DNA of 64,000 nucleotides from an uncultured bacterium (GTDB lineage Bacteria; Planctomycetota; UBA1135; GCA-002686595), in NCBI GenBank assembly GCA_943787795.1, contig CALSNU010000005.1, positions 214,032 to 278,031 on the forward strand, read 5' to 3'. Positions within the stretch are counted from its first letter, which is position 1. Each line of letters begins with the position of its first letter. Under the pieces are notes generated by a model that did no database searches, had not been told where the DNA came from, and worked only from the letters and a program-made list of their open reading frames with translations. Shown here in pieces: positions 27,726 through 37,529 of this stretch. Both the position numbers and the translations under genes were made by a program.

Positions 27726-28951
27726 GGCGCTCCCGGGCCCTCCTGCCATCGACCGAAGTGGTCCGCGCCGTCCTCGGTGATGTAGCAGATGTCCTCGATG
27801 CGCAGCCCGAAGCGGCCGGGCTGGTAGATCCCGGGCTCGTTGGTGAAGCACATACCAGGCTCCATGGGGACGTCGGACCCGCCGTCGAGGTAGGGGGGCT
27901 CGTGAATCTCGACTCCGATGCTGTGCCCGAGTCGGTGGGCCAGGTGGGCGTAGCCCCCGTCGAATCCCGACGCGGCGAGCGCTGCTCTCGCCGCCTTGTC
28001 CGCGTCTCCGGTGCGAGCTCCGGGGCGCATCATCTCGTAGCCCGCGAGCTGCGCGGCTCGCACCGCATCCCACACGCGCTGGACCTCGTCCGACGGGGAG
28101 GCTCCAACGGTCCAGGTCCGGGTGGTGTCGCTGCAGTAGCCGTGGAGGCGTCCGCCGGTGTCGAGCAGCATGACGGTCCCGACCTCGAGCTCTCGGTCCA
28201 CCTCGTCGCCGTGGGGAAAGGCGCCGGACGGGCCGGCCAGGGAGAGGTCCCAGGTGCCTGTCAGGCCGAGCTCCTGCTGGGCGAAGTGCGCGAGGGCGCC
28301 GACCTCGGAAGACCTCATCCCGGGCTCGGTGACGGCGTAGACGGCGCGGATCGCGTCCTGGGTCCGCTCCTGGGCGGAGCGGAGGATCTCCAGCTCGCGG
28401 TCGGTCTTCGGCCCCCGCAGCTTGCGCGCGATGGCCGCGCCGTCCTCGATGGCGACCCCCAGCGCTGCGCCGGTGGGGAGCGTGAACCGTGAGCGAACAT
28501 CGGGGTCCGCGACGATCCGGCGGGCCCCGCGGCTCCGGAGGGCATCTGCGAGCACCCTCGAGGAGTCCTGGTGCTCGTCCCAGGGGAGCACCTCTCGCCC
28601 GAGCTCGGGGCTCCCGCTGGCCCGTTCGCAGACGGTCGCGACCCGGCTGGCCTCGAAGGCGGGGGTGACCCAGACGAACGAGCCGTCGGCCATGACCGCC
28701 GCGGCCAGCAAGCGCTCGCTCCGGCCGAGGGCCACGCCGGTGAGGTACTCCAGCGTGCCGCCGGGTTCGATGAGCATGGCATCGACCCCTTCGGCGGACA
28801 GGATCTGGGCCAGCCTGGACCGGAATTCGGCTCGCTCGGCCGGGGTCAGCGTCGGGGGCGGGGCGGCGTATGAGGAGAGGGACTCGCGGATCTGACGGGA
28901 CCGGGGGTCGTCTCCAGTCGGGACAGGGGTCTTCGAGGGGAGGATGGGCAT
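27722..28951 (-). CDS. Xaa-Pro peptidase (M24 family)
   Basis: Metal ligands in LLDTGG, YCSDTTRT, HRLGHSIG, NEPGIY and RIED. Start uncertain. Confidence 0.9.
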   Translation of the reverse strand: MPILPSKTPVPTGDDPRSRQIRESLSSYAAPPPTLTPAERAEFRSRLAQILSAEGVDAMLIEPGGTLEYLTGVALGRSERLLAAAVMADGSFVWVTPAFEASRVATVCERASGSPELGREVLPWDEHQDSSRVLADALRSRGARRIVADPDVRSRFTLPTGAALGVAIEDGAAIARKLRGPKTDRELEILRSAQERTQDAIRAVYAVTEPGMRSSEVGALAHFAQQELGLTGTWDLSLAGPSGAFPHGDEVDRELEVGTVMLLDTGGRLHGYCSDTTRTWTVGASPSDEVQRVWDAVRAAQLAGYEMMRPGARTGDADKAARAALAASGFDGGYAHLAHRLGHSIGVEIHEPPYLDGGSDVPMEPGMCFTNEPGIYQPGRFGLRIEDICYITEDGADHFGRWQEGPGAP

Positions 28952-29167
28952 GGGCGTGAGGGTAGTCGAGTGCGGCTCGATCCACCGCAGACTTCCGCTG
29001 GCTCCGGAGTCGAGTCCGTGGCGTGTCCGGGGCGCGAGGCCCCGCGGGAGCGCGGCGGGCCAGTGCGTCCGGATCCTGGACGGCCATCGTCTCGACCACA
29101 GAACTCTCGGCAGGGATCTGCCGTCACGCTTCACTCGGCCGGGCTCGCGCTCCGATCAGATGCCGAA

Positions 29168-29878
29168 GTGGGCCTCTTCAGCAGCAACCAGTCGACCGAA
29201 CCGTCACAGGGTCCGGGTCTTGAGCACGACCGGCGCGGGGGGGACCGCGAGGGGGCCGCGAGCCCCGCGCACCCCGGGCGCAGGAGCGGCCTCTTCGCGC
29301 CGCGTCCCGACACCGCCGGCAAGCGGCGATCCGGGCGACCGTTCCCGGCGCTGCCGGCGCGTCGCCGCCCGACGCTCGTCAGCCTCGCGGCGGGCGTGGC
29401 CGCCAAGGGCTCGTTCATGCTGCTGCTCGCGTGGGCGCTGTGCTTCAACTTCAGCGAGGTCCGCGGCGGCTCGATGATGCCCGGGATCCAGGACCGTGAC
29501 CGGATCCTGGTGGACCACGTGTCGTACATCTTCAGCTCCGTGCACCGCGGCGACGTGGTCGTGATGCGCTACCCGATGGACCCGTCCGTCGACTACGTGA
29601 AGCGCGTGGTCGGCCTCCCGGGGGATCACGTCCAGATCTTTGACGGCCACGTCTGGGTCAACGAGCAGCTCCTGGATGAGCCCTATGTGGCGGCCGCTGC
29701 GAACGACCCGTACGCCTTCGTGGACACGGTCGTGCAGGGGAACTGCTACTTCGTGCTCGGGGATAACCGGATCCGGAGCTCGGACAGTCGCGAGTTCGGA
29801 CAGGTTCCCCATGAGTATCTGCGGGGCAAGGTCCGCATGCGACTCTGGCCGCCGCTTCGCGCGGGCATGATCCAGTGA
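29168..29878 (+). CDS. lepB: Signal peptidase I
   Basis: GGSMMPG (catalytic Ser), YVKRVVGLPGD (Lys), GDNRIRSSDSREFG. Start uncertain; the track ORF begins at 28970. Confidence 0.9.
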   Translation: MGLFSSNQSTEPSQGPGLEHDRRGGDREGAASPAHPGRRSGLFAPRPDTAGKRRSGRPFPALPARRRPTLVSLAAGVAAKGSFMLLLAWALCFNFSEVRGGSMMPGIQDRDRILVDHVSYIFSSVHRGDVVVMRYPMDPSVDYVKRVVGLPGDHVQIFDGHVWVNEQLLDEPYVAAAANDPYAFVDTVVQGNCYFVLGDNRIRSSDSREFGQVPHEYLRGKVRMRLWPPLRAGMIQ

Positions 29879-29890
29879 CCCTGCGGCCCG

Positions 29891-30117
29891 GCTGGGCCAA
29901 GGAGCTGGGCCAAGGAGCTGGACCAGAGAGCTGGACCAGAGAGCTGGGCGCCCCGGCTGCGCCTGATCGCTTTGCCTAAAGACTGTGCCCAGAGACTGTG
30001 CCCAGAGACTGTGCCCAGAGACTGGGCCCGCTGACTGGACCCGTTGACTGGACCCGTTGACTGGACCCGTTGACTGAGCCCGTTCACTGGGCCCGTTCAC
30101 TGGGCCCACTGACTGTG
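29891..30117 (+). repeat. Composite 13-bp tandem array with drifting unit
   Basis: GCTGGGCCAAGGA x2, GCTGGACCAGAGA x2, a gap, then GACTGTGCCCAGA x3, GACTGGACCCGTT x3 and variants. Confidence 0.85.
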
Positions 30118-30435
30118 AGCAAGCCCATCCGCGCCTCAGGGGACCGAGTCGCCGTTGGTTCTCTTCGCGGCCGCTCGCTCCTTCGCAGCCTCCCCTCGTC
30201 GGGAGCGAGGCACCGCGGCTGCCGCCGGCAACCTGGCCGGACGCCAGCGTGGGGTCCGCCCCGTCGCGCCGTCTCGGTGCCCAGCGGGAGGACCTGGCGC
30301 GGGCCAAGGCGGGGACCAAGGCGGGGGCCGAGGCGGGGACGATGTGCACCGGACCTGGGGAGCCAAGGGGGAAACGGAGGGTTGGCGAACGCTCGTCGCC
30401 GCGCGGTCCCGGCGCGGCCCTAGGATGGGCGCACC

Positions 30436-31839
30436 ATGAGCACGACCGCGCAACATCCCACGATCATCGCCGACCTCGACCCCTCCTCTGGCGAGCTGCT
30501 CGCAGAGGTCCCCTGCGCCAGCACGATGGAGGTCCACGCGGCCGTGGCGAGGGCGCGGTCGGCCCAGAGGTCCTGGGCCGAGCTGGGAGCTGAGGCGCGG
30601 GCGGCCGCGCTCTCGCGCTTCGGGGAGCGGCTCGCGGCGGACGCCGCCAACCTCGGTGAGACGGTGACGCGGGAGATGGGCAAGACCCTGCGATCGGCCG
30701 TGGGGGAGGTGAAGGGCTACGCCTCCGGCGTGAGCGCAGAGGCCCAGGAGGTGGTGGCGGCCCTGGCTCCGATCTCCTACGGCGATGGGTCCTCCGGGAG
30801 CCGGGCACAAGACGTGACAACGGTCCATGAGCCGCTGGGGGTGGTCGCCGCGATCACGCCGTGGAACTTCCCCGTGGGCATGCCACTCTCCATCATCACG
30901 CCCGCGCTCGTCGCCGGGAACGCGGTGGTGTTCAAGCCGAGCGAGCACACTCCGTTGACCGGCGCACGCCTCGCGGAGCTGCTCCAGGCCGAGCTCCCGG
31001 AGGGCGTCCTCGAGCTTGTCCAGGGGGACGGCGCGACGGGCGCGGCCCTGGTGGAGGCCGAGGTGGACATGGTCGGGTTCGTCGGGAGCCGGGCCACCGG
31101 GCAGCGGATCATGAACGCGGCCGCCGGGTCGCTGAAGCGGCTGGTCCTCGAGCTCGGAGGCAAGGACCCCATGGTCGTCTTTGAGGACGCGAACCTCGAT
31201 GCGGCCGCCCGCTGCGCGGTGGAGCACAGCCTGCGGAACACGGGGCAGGTCTGTTGCTCGATCGAGCGCGTCTACGTGGCCGACGCCATCGCGGAGGAGT
31301 TTGAGGCCGAGGTCGTGAGGCTCGCGGGTGAGTGGACCCACGGGGACGGACGCGCGGACGGCGTCAAGATGGGGCCGCTCGTGAGCGAGGGCCAGCGGGC
31401 CAAGGTCGCCGCCCAGGTCCGCGCGGCGGTCGAGGAGGGCGCAGAGCTTCGGGTCGGCGGCGTCCAGCCGGAGGGGCCGGGCTGGTTCTATCCGGCGACC
31501 GTCCTGACCGGCGTGGAGCAGGGCCACCGGATCACGCACGAGGAGACCTTCGGACCGGTGGTCGCGGTCACCCGTTTCGACGGGTCCGAAGACGAGGGGG
31601 TGCGGTTCGCGAACGACACGGTCTACGGGCTTGGCGCCAACGTCTGGACGGGGGATCCCGCCCGGGCGGCCCGTGTTGCAGCGCGGCTTCGAGCCGGGCA
31701 GGTGGGCGTGAATCGGTACCTCGGCGGCGCCTCCGGCTCCCCCTGGGTGGGTGCGCGGCAGTCGGGCTTCGGCCACCTCGGAGGCCCGGACGGGCATCGT
31801 CAGTTCACCGTCCCCAAGACCATCTCCATCGGGCGCTGA
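30436..31839 (+). CDS. Aldehyde dehydrogenase family protein
   Basis: ITPWNFP, FKPSE, LELGGKDP, NTGQVCCS, EETFGPV. Confidence 0.95.
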   Translation: MSTTAQHPTIIADLDPSSGELLAEVPCASTMEVHAAVARARSAQRSWAELGAEARAAALSRFGERLAADAANLGETVTREMGKTLRSAVGEVKGYASGVSAEAQEVVAALAPISYGDGSSGSRAQDVTTVHEPLGVVAAITPWNFPVGMPLSIITPALVAGNAVVFKPSEHTPLTGARLAELLQAELPEGVLELVQGDGATGAALVEAEVDMVGFVGSRATGQRIMNAAAGSLKRLVLELGGKDPMVVFEDANLDAAARCAVEHSLRNTGQVCCSIERVYVADAIAEEFEAEVVRLAGEWTHGDGRADGVKMGPLVSEGQRAKVAAQVRAAVEEGAELRVGGVQPEGPGWFYPATVLTGVEQGHRITHEETFGPVVAVTRFDGSEDEGVRFANDTVYGLGANVWTGDPARAARVAARLRAGQVGVNRYLGGASGSPWVGARQSGFGHLGGPDGHRQFTVPKTISIGR

Positions 31840-31942
31840 TCCGGCCCGATCCGGACTTCTCTCTGGCAGGGCTTGGCCCCTCCGGGCCGTGACCTGACGG
31901 GCCCCGCGGGCACGTTGGCACGGGTAGAGCCGTCGGCGCCGC

Positions 31943-32809
31943 TCAGGCGGCGAAGAGCACCACGCCCCCGGAGCCCACCAGCTCGGAGAGCTCCTCCACC
32001 TTGGCCTCGTCCACATCGAGGGCCTTGGCCACCGGCCATCCCGCAGGGATCGAGAGATTGTCGAAGCCATCGGCGGAGAAGAGTCGCCCCAGGTAGGCCG
32101 AGAAGACCGCGACCTGGACGTCTGGCGCGGACGGGACCTCCTGGGGCCAGTTGGCCATGGACTTGGCCGCCGCGAGGATCGTGGGCGACAGGGGCCAGAT
32201 CTGGGCGAGCAGGACGCAGAGGATGGGGCCGACCCGACGCAGGAGTTCGGCCCGTACCCGTTCGGTGAGCCTCTTGCCTTGCCGCGCCTCGACCCGCTGG
32301 AGGAGCTGAAAGCCGAGGGGCGGGCCCGAGGACAGGATGAGCCCTCCGAGCAAGGAGGCGCGGTTGGCCCCGAGCCGGTCACTGGAGACCCGGTGGGCGA
32401 TCACGCCGGCGTTGCATGCCACTCGCCAGGCTCTCCTGCCCCCGAGCATGTCGTTGAGCACGGGCCCGAAGATCTTGGCCCTGGCGACCTTGATGACGGC
32501 CAGCTCGAAGAGAACCCGCATGCCGATCCGCTGGGCCGCGACGGTCGCCGACTCGATGGTCGTGACCGCCGCATAGAGCGGGGAGTTGGCGAGGGCCAGC
32601 ACCTGACGGCTGAGCTCTTCGTCCCGCTCAAGGATCTTGCCCACGGCGACAGCGTCGTACTCGCCGCTCACCAGGATGGCGGCGAGCTCGAAGGCGGACC
32701 GGCTCAGCCGAGGGAGTTCCTCTTCTGCAGCGTCAAGCTCGGCGCGGATGGCGCGCTGCCAGTCTGCGTCGAGAGAGCGGGGGATTTGTACAACGTCTCG
32801 TGCTTTCAC
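31943..32809 (-). CDS. HDOD domain protein (degenerate HD motif)
   Basis: ELPRLS...ILERDEELSRQVLALANSPLY...AAQRIG. The expected LLHDIG appears as LILSSG. Confidence 0.75.
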   Translation of the reverse strand: MKARDVVQIPRSLDADWQRAIRAELDAAEEELPRLSRSAFELAAILVSGEYDAVAVGKILERDEELSRQVLALANSPLYAAVTTIESATVAAQRIGMRVLFELAVIKVARAKIFGPVLNDMLGGRRAWRVACNAGVIAHRVSSDRLGANRASLLGGLILSSGPPLGFQLLQRVEARQGKRLTERVRAELLRRVGPILCVLLAQIWPLSPTILAAAKSMANWPQEVPSAPDVQVAVFSAYLGRLFSADGFDNLSIPAGWPVAKALDVDEAKVEELSELVGSGGVVLFAA

Positions 32810-33068
32810 ACGCCAGCCATCGAGTCCTGCGAGCGGCGATCGAGAGTCGTTCAGGACTCTCTCCTGAGCGACTTCTACCCGGTGTTGCCGGCGGTTTGTC
32901 GCGGCGCCGGATAGGGAATCCCCACCCGGATCGAGCCGCTGCCGCGGGGTACTGCCGTCGGGCAGGCTCGCCCCTCCGTAGCTGGGCTAGGTGGCTCGGC
33001 TAGTCGGGAGAGGCCGGTGGCCGTGGTCCGGGAGGGGACCTGTTCTCGCCGTGGGACACGCCTTCCGG

Positions 33069-34610
33069 TCAGAGGATGGGCCCGAGCATCGCGATGGCGT
33101 TGTTCCAGAGCCGCCGCCCCATGCTCCAGGCGCGGACCATCTCGAGGGTGACCTCATCCGAGGATGCGATGTAGTCCTCCTGGCGCGCGCGGAGCGCCGC
33201 GGTGGTCCCAGGGTCCTCGAGGAGGATGTTGTTCTCGTAGTTCAGCTCGAAGCTCCGCCGGTCTGCGTTCGCCGAGCCGATCAGGGCGACCGCGCCATCG
33301 AGGGTCAGGGACTTCGTGTGGAGGAGCCCCCCGACGTATTCGCGGATGTTGACCCCGGCCTTCAGGAGCTCCTCGTAGTAGCTACGGCTGGCCGCCCCGA
33401 CGACCCATGAGTCGTTCCTGGCTGGGAAGACGACCGTCGTCGCCACGCCGCGCCGTGCGCAGGCGCACAGGGCCTCCTGCATCGGCTCCGTGGGGACGTA
33501 GTAGGGGGTGGTCATGACCAGCTCCTGGCGAGCGGTGTACATGATGCTCACGAAGACCTCGGGCATGGCCGAGTAGCGGATGGTCGGGCCGGTCCCGAAG
33601 GCGAGGGCCGTGAAGCCGGGGCCGCGATCACTCGCCGGCTTGTGGGGGCCGAGGAGGTCCGCGATGTCGTCGTCCACCTGGGTCAGCCAGTCGCTCGCGA
33701 ACAGGGTCTGGTTCTGCTGCACCACCGGCCCCTCGAAGCGCATCACGGCGTCGACCCACGGCGCGAACTTCGCCTTTACACGGAACTCGGGGTCGGCGCA
33801 GTTCTGGCTCCCGCAGTACGTGACGCGGTTGTCGATGACGACGATCTTGCGGTGGTTGCGAAGGTCGATCCGGCCGCGGAGTGCGCGGATCAGCGGGTTG
33901 CCGATCGGGAGGGCCACGGCGAGCCGAACCCCGGCCTCGCCCATTCGCCTCCAGACGGCTGAGTGGACCATGCCCCGCGACCCAAGACCGTCGACCATCG
34001 CGCGGCACGTCACGCCGCGCGCGGCGGCGCGCTCGAGCGCCTCAGCCACTCGCTGGCCGTTCCCGTCGGTGAGCCAGATGTAGAAGAGGAGGTGCACGTG
34101 ATCAGCCGCCCGGTCGATGTCGGCGACCATGGCGTCGATCGATGCGTTCGAGTCCTCCAGGAGGGTGGCGTGGTTCCCTCCGTGGGGATGGAACCCGTTG
34201 ATCGCTCCCGCGGTCCGGAACAGGCGGCTGTAGGCTCCAGGCTCGCTCGGCTCGTCCGTCGCGTCGCCGTCAGCCCCTGGGTGGGCAGCGCGGCTGGACT
34301 CGCCGGTCACCTCGACCTTCCCGGTCGGACTGGGGGCACCTGGCGTCACCTCCCGCTGAGCGCTCCACGCCGAGGTGAGGTGATCTCTCACCTCATCGAC
34401 CCTCCTCACGCGGGTCCGGCCGATGCTCACCTCGCCGAGCAGGATGTACGCGACGATCCCCAAGAAGGGGAGCAGCAGGACCACCAGGAGCCAGGCGAGC
34501 CGCGACGCCGGCTCGCGTTGGGGCCGGATGAGGATCCTGATGATGACGGGGACGTGGACCAGCAGGTAGAACCCGGCACTGACCGCGAGTGAGGTGAGGG
34601 GGTCCGGCAT
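33069..34610 (-). CDS. cls: Cardiolipin synthase
   Basis: N-terminal TMs (AWLLVVLLLPFLG) and two HKD motifs (NHRKIVVID, LHTKSLTLD). Confidence 0.93.
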   Translation of the reverse strand: MPDPLTSLAVSAGFYLLVHVPVIIRILIRPQREPASRLAWLLVVLLLPFLGIVAYILLGEVSIGRTRVRRVDEVRDHLTSAWSAQREVTPGAPSPTGKVEVTGESSRAAHPGADGDATDEPSEPGAYSRLFRTAGAINGFHPHGGNHATLLEDSNASIDAMVADIDRAADHVHLLFYIWLTDGNGQRVAEALERAAARGVTCRAMVDGLGSRGMVHSAVWRRMGEAGVRLAVALPIGNPLIRALRGRIDLRNHRKIVVIDNRVTYCGSQNCADPEFRVKAKFAPWVDAVMRFEGPVVQQNQTLFASDWLTQVDDDIADLLGPHKPASDRGPGFTALAFGTGPTIRYSAMPEVFVSIMYTARQELVMTTPYYVPTEPMQEALCACARRGVATTVVFPARNDSWVVGAASRSYYEELLKAGVNIREYVGGLLHTKSLTLDGAVALIGSANADRRSFELNYENNILLEDPGTTAALRARQEDYIASSDEVTLEMVRAWSMGRRLWNNAIAMLGPIL

Positions 34611-34679
34611 GGCTTGAGCGGTGGGTAGCGGGGAGCACCTGGACGTCTTCGAGGCTCGCGGTGCGCCGCAGGCTGGCTC

Positions 34680-34714
34680 CCATCCTACGGCTCAGGGCCT
34701 GAGCCGTAGGATGG
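34680..34714. terminator. Near-perfect 17-bp inverted repeat (terminator or operator)
   Basis: CCATCCTACGGCTCAGG-g-CCTGAGCCGTAGGATGG, between the M1 peptidase stop and the cls start. Confidence 0.5.
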
Positions 34715-34896
34715 CGGGATCGACCCCACGGAGCGCCCGCGGCTTGCTCCGGCGGCGGCTCCTAACTGCCGAGGGCCCCGCGGCCGAGCGCCCCCCCCGG
34801 CAGAGAGCCCCCGCGGTGGACCGCCGCGCGGCGCCTTGAAGGGAACTCCCGACGCCACGGGGCGGATTCGAACGGAACGGACCAGCCTGGTCGGGG

Positions 34897-37305
34897 TCAG
34901 TCGCCGCCGGAGCCGTCCACTTCGGCGCCGCCCTCGACCGCTTGATCGCCACCGGGAGACCGCCGCTTCAGCTTCTGTGCCTCTTCACGGGCCTCCCGCA
35001 TGGGGTTGGGCCCGCTGCCGCGCTTGGGCTGGGGCCTGAGCCGGAAGGTGCGCTCCGCCATCTCCGGCGGCCAGACGTTGTCGGAGAGGTCGGCGTCCGC
35101 GGTCTCGCGGCTGGGGTCTAGCTGCACGCGGACCAGGACCTTCTCGCTGATGACGAGCTTGGAGATCGAGGTGTCGTTGCTGCGCCAGATCTCTGCGGGG
35201 ATCCGCATGGACTCGTGGGTCCCGTCCTCGAACTCGAGGTCCAGGATGACCGGCATCACCAGGCCCCCCTCGTTGCTCACGTCGATCACGAAGAAGTTGG
35301 GCGCGGAGCTCAGGAGCTCCTTCTGACCCTCATCACGTGACTCGAGGAGCTTCTCGTACTTGCGCACGTCCGCCGGGGTGACGTCAAGCTCGTCGTAGGT
35401 GTTGTAGAAGTCCACCAGCTCCGGGAAGGCCTCGACGTACTTGGGGAGGTCGCGGTTCCGGGAGGCGGAGACGTCCTCGGGCTCGGCGTCCCGCTTCTCG
35501 CGGCGCTTCGCCTTCTCGGCATCGGGGTCCTGGGAGTCGACGCGGTAGCGCGTGACGCCCGTGAGGGCGAGGTCGGTGTGGTCCGTGGAGTAGAACCAGC
35601 CGCGCCAGAACCAGTCGAGGTCCACGCCGCTGGCGTCCTCCAGGGTCCGGAACAGGTCCGCGGGCTCGGGGCGCTTGAACATCCAGCGCCTCGAGTACTC
35701 CTTGAAGGCGAAGTCAAAGAGCTCCCGGCCGACCACGGTCTCCCGCAGGATGTTCAGCGCCGTCGCCGGCTTGCCGTAGGCGTTGTTGCCGAACTGCAGG
35801 ATGCTCTCCGAGTTGGTCATGATCGGCACCTGGGCGGTGCTGGTCATGTATCCCGTCATCTTGCCCGGGGCGCCGCGGCGGGAGGGGTAGTCCTCCTCCC
35901 ACTCGGACTCCGCGAGGAACTGGACGTAGGTGTTCAGCCCCTCATCCATCCAGGTCCACTGGCGCTCGTCGGAGTTGACGATCATCGGGAACCAGTTGTG
36001 TCCGACCTCGTGGATGATCACGGAGATCAGCCCGTACTTCGACCGCGCTGTGTAGGTCCCGTCCTTCGCCGGCCTGGGGCCGTTGAAGCAGATCATGGGG
36101 TACTCCATGCCGCCCACCGGGCCGTTGACCGAGATGGCCACCGGGTAGGGGTAGGGGAACGTGTACTTGCCGTACACGTCGAGGGTGTGGATCACTGAGT
36201 GGGTCGAGTAGGGGAGCCAGAGCTCGTGCCCCTCCTTCGGCCAGTAGGACATGGCCCAGACGGGGTCCCCGCCCTCGATCTCGTGGAGCTTCGCGTCCCA
36301 GATGAACTTGCGGGATGAGGCCCAGGCAAAGTCGCGCACGTTCTCGGCGGCGAACGTCCAGGTCTTCTTCCCCGTGGGCGCCGTCGACTCGTTGGCCTCG
36401 GCCTCCTCGCGGGTGATGACCAGCACCGGCTCGTCGGCGGTCTCCGCCAGGGCGAGGCGCTCCATCCACAGGGGCTCGAGGACGTCCTCTGGGTTCTGCA
36501 GGACTCCGGTGGATGCGACCACGTGGTCGTCGGGGACCGTGATGCTGACCTCGTAGTCCCCGAACTCGAGGGTGAACTCGCCGCGGCCGAGGAACTCCTT
36601 GTTCTGCCAGCCGGTGTAATCGGTGTAGGCGCACATCCTCGGGAACCAGTGCGCCATCTCGTACAGGTAGTTGCCGTCCTCCTCGAAGAACTCGTAGCCG
36701 GAGCGCCCGCCGAACTTCCTCTGGTCGTTGATGGAGTAGGCCCAGTCGAGTGAGAACTCGAAGGCTTGACCCGCGAGGAGCGGCGCGGGGAGGTCGACGC
36801 GCATGGTCGTGTCGACCAGCGCGAACTCGAGGGGAGCGCCGCCGCTGTCCACCAGGTTCGAGATCTTCGCGCCGCCATCGAAGACCTGGCGCTCGATCAG
36901 CGCCCTGGTCGCCTCGAAGGTCATGCCCGCGTCGAGGTTGGGCGCCAGGGTGGTGGCGACCGCGTGGGACTGGGGAGCGAAGTAGTTCGGCTCCACCTGC
37001 AGCCACAGGTACCGGAGCGCGTCCGGGGAGTTGTTCTGGTATCTGATCCGCTCGGAGCCGCGGAGAGCCTGCGCCTCATCGTCCAGCTCCACCTCGATCC
37101 GGTAGTCCACCTTCTGCTGCCAGTACTCGTGCCCCGGGGCCCCCGAAGCGGTGCGGTAGCTGGAGGGTGAGGGCAGCTCCTCACGCAGCTGGGCAAAGCG
37201 GTCCTCGCGCTCGTCGCCGCCTGCGCTCAGCGAGACGCCGAGGGCCAGTGGGATGGCGAAGAGGATCGCGAGGGGCCGGCGGAAGGGACGGTGAGGAGAG
37301 TTCAT
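34897..37305 (-). CDS. Secreted M1 family zinc aminopeptidase
   Basis: Signal peptide; GGMEYP, HEVGHNWF...WMDEGLN (HExxH-x18-E), NNAYGKP. Confidence 0.92.
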   Translation of the reverse strand: MNSPHRPFRRPLAILFAIPLALGVSLSAGGDEREDRFAQLREELPSPSSYRTASGAPGHEYWQQKVDYRIEVELDDEAQALRGSERIRYQNNSPDALRYLWLQVEPNYFAPQSHAVATTLAPNLDAGMTFEATRALIERQVFDGGAKISNLVDSGGAPLEFALVDTTMRVDLPAPLLAGQAFEFSLDWAYSINDQRKFGGRSGYEFFEEDGNYLYEMAHWFPRMCAYTDYTGWQNKEFLGRGEFTLEFGDYEVSITVPDDHVVASTGVLQNPEDVLEPLWMERLALAETADEPVLVITREEAEANESTAPTGKKTWTFAAENVRDFAWASSRKFIWDAKLHEIEGGDPVWAMSYWPKEGHELWLPYSTHSVIHTLDVYGKYTFPYPYPVAISVNGPVGGMEYPMICFNGPRPAKDGTYTARSKYGLISVIIHEVGHNWFPMIVNSDERQWTWMDEGLNTYVQFLAESEWEEDYPSRRGAPGKMTGYMTSTAQVPIMTNSESILQFGNNAYGKPATALNILRETVVGRELFDFAFKEYSRRWMFKRPEPADLFRTLEDASGVDLDWFWRGWFYSTDHTDLALTGVTRYRVDSQDPDAEKAKRREKRDAEPEDVSASRNRDLPKYVEAFPELVDFYNTYDELDVTPADVRKYEKLLESRDEGQKELLSSAPNFFVIDVSNEGGLVMPVILDLEFEDGTHESMRIPAEIWRSNDTSISKLVISEKVLVRVQLDPSRETADADLSDNVWPPEMAERTFRLRPQPKRGSGPNPMREAREEAQKLKRRSPGGDQAVEGGAEVDGSGGD

Positions 37306-37529
37306 TGAAGAGGGGGCTCGGGGGCAGTGACAAGTGGCACCAAGGTACTCGGAGATACGGCGCTGGCTAGGCGCCGCCGCAGCCGTGACTTGAGTCGTAA
37401 CGCAAGCCGGATGGCTGGACAGACGTCGCCGCTCGGTCCGCAGGCGCCAGCGAGGGAGTCTCTCCCCAAGCGCTTTCGGGGGTCTCTGACGGGGCTGCCT
37501 GAAGACACGCGTGTCCCGGCTTGTGGAAG

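Noticed and set aside
26418..29099. 893-aa ORF as a single giant permease
   Set aside because: The N-terminal half is an off-frame overlap with the M24 peptidase; permease sequence starts near 27725.
29891..30117. Possible CRISPR array
   Set aside because: Units are 13 bp and contiguous, with no unique spacers and no cas genes.
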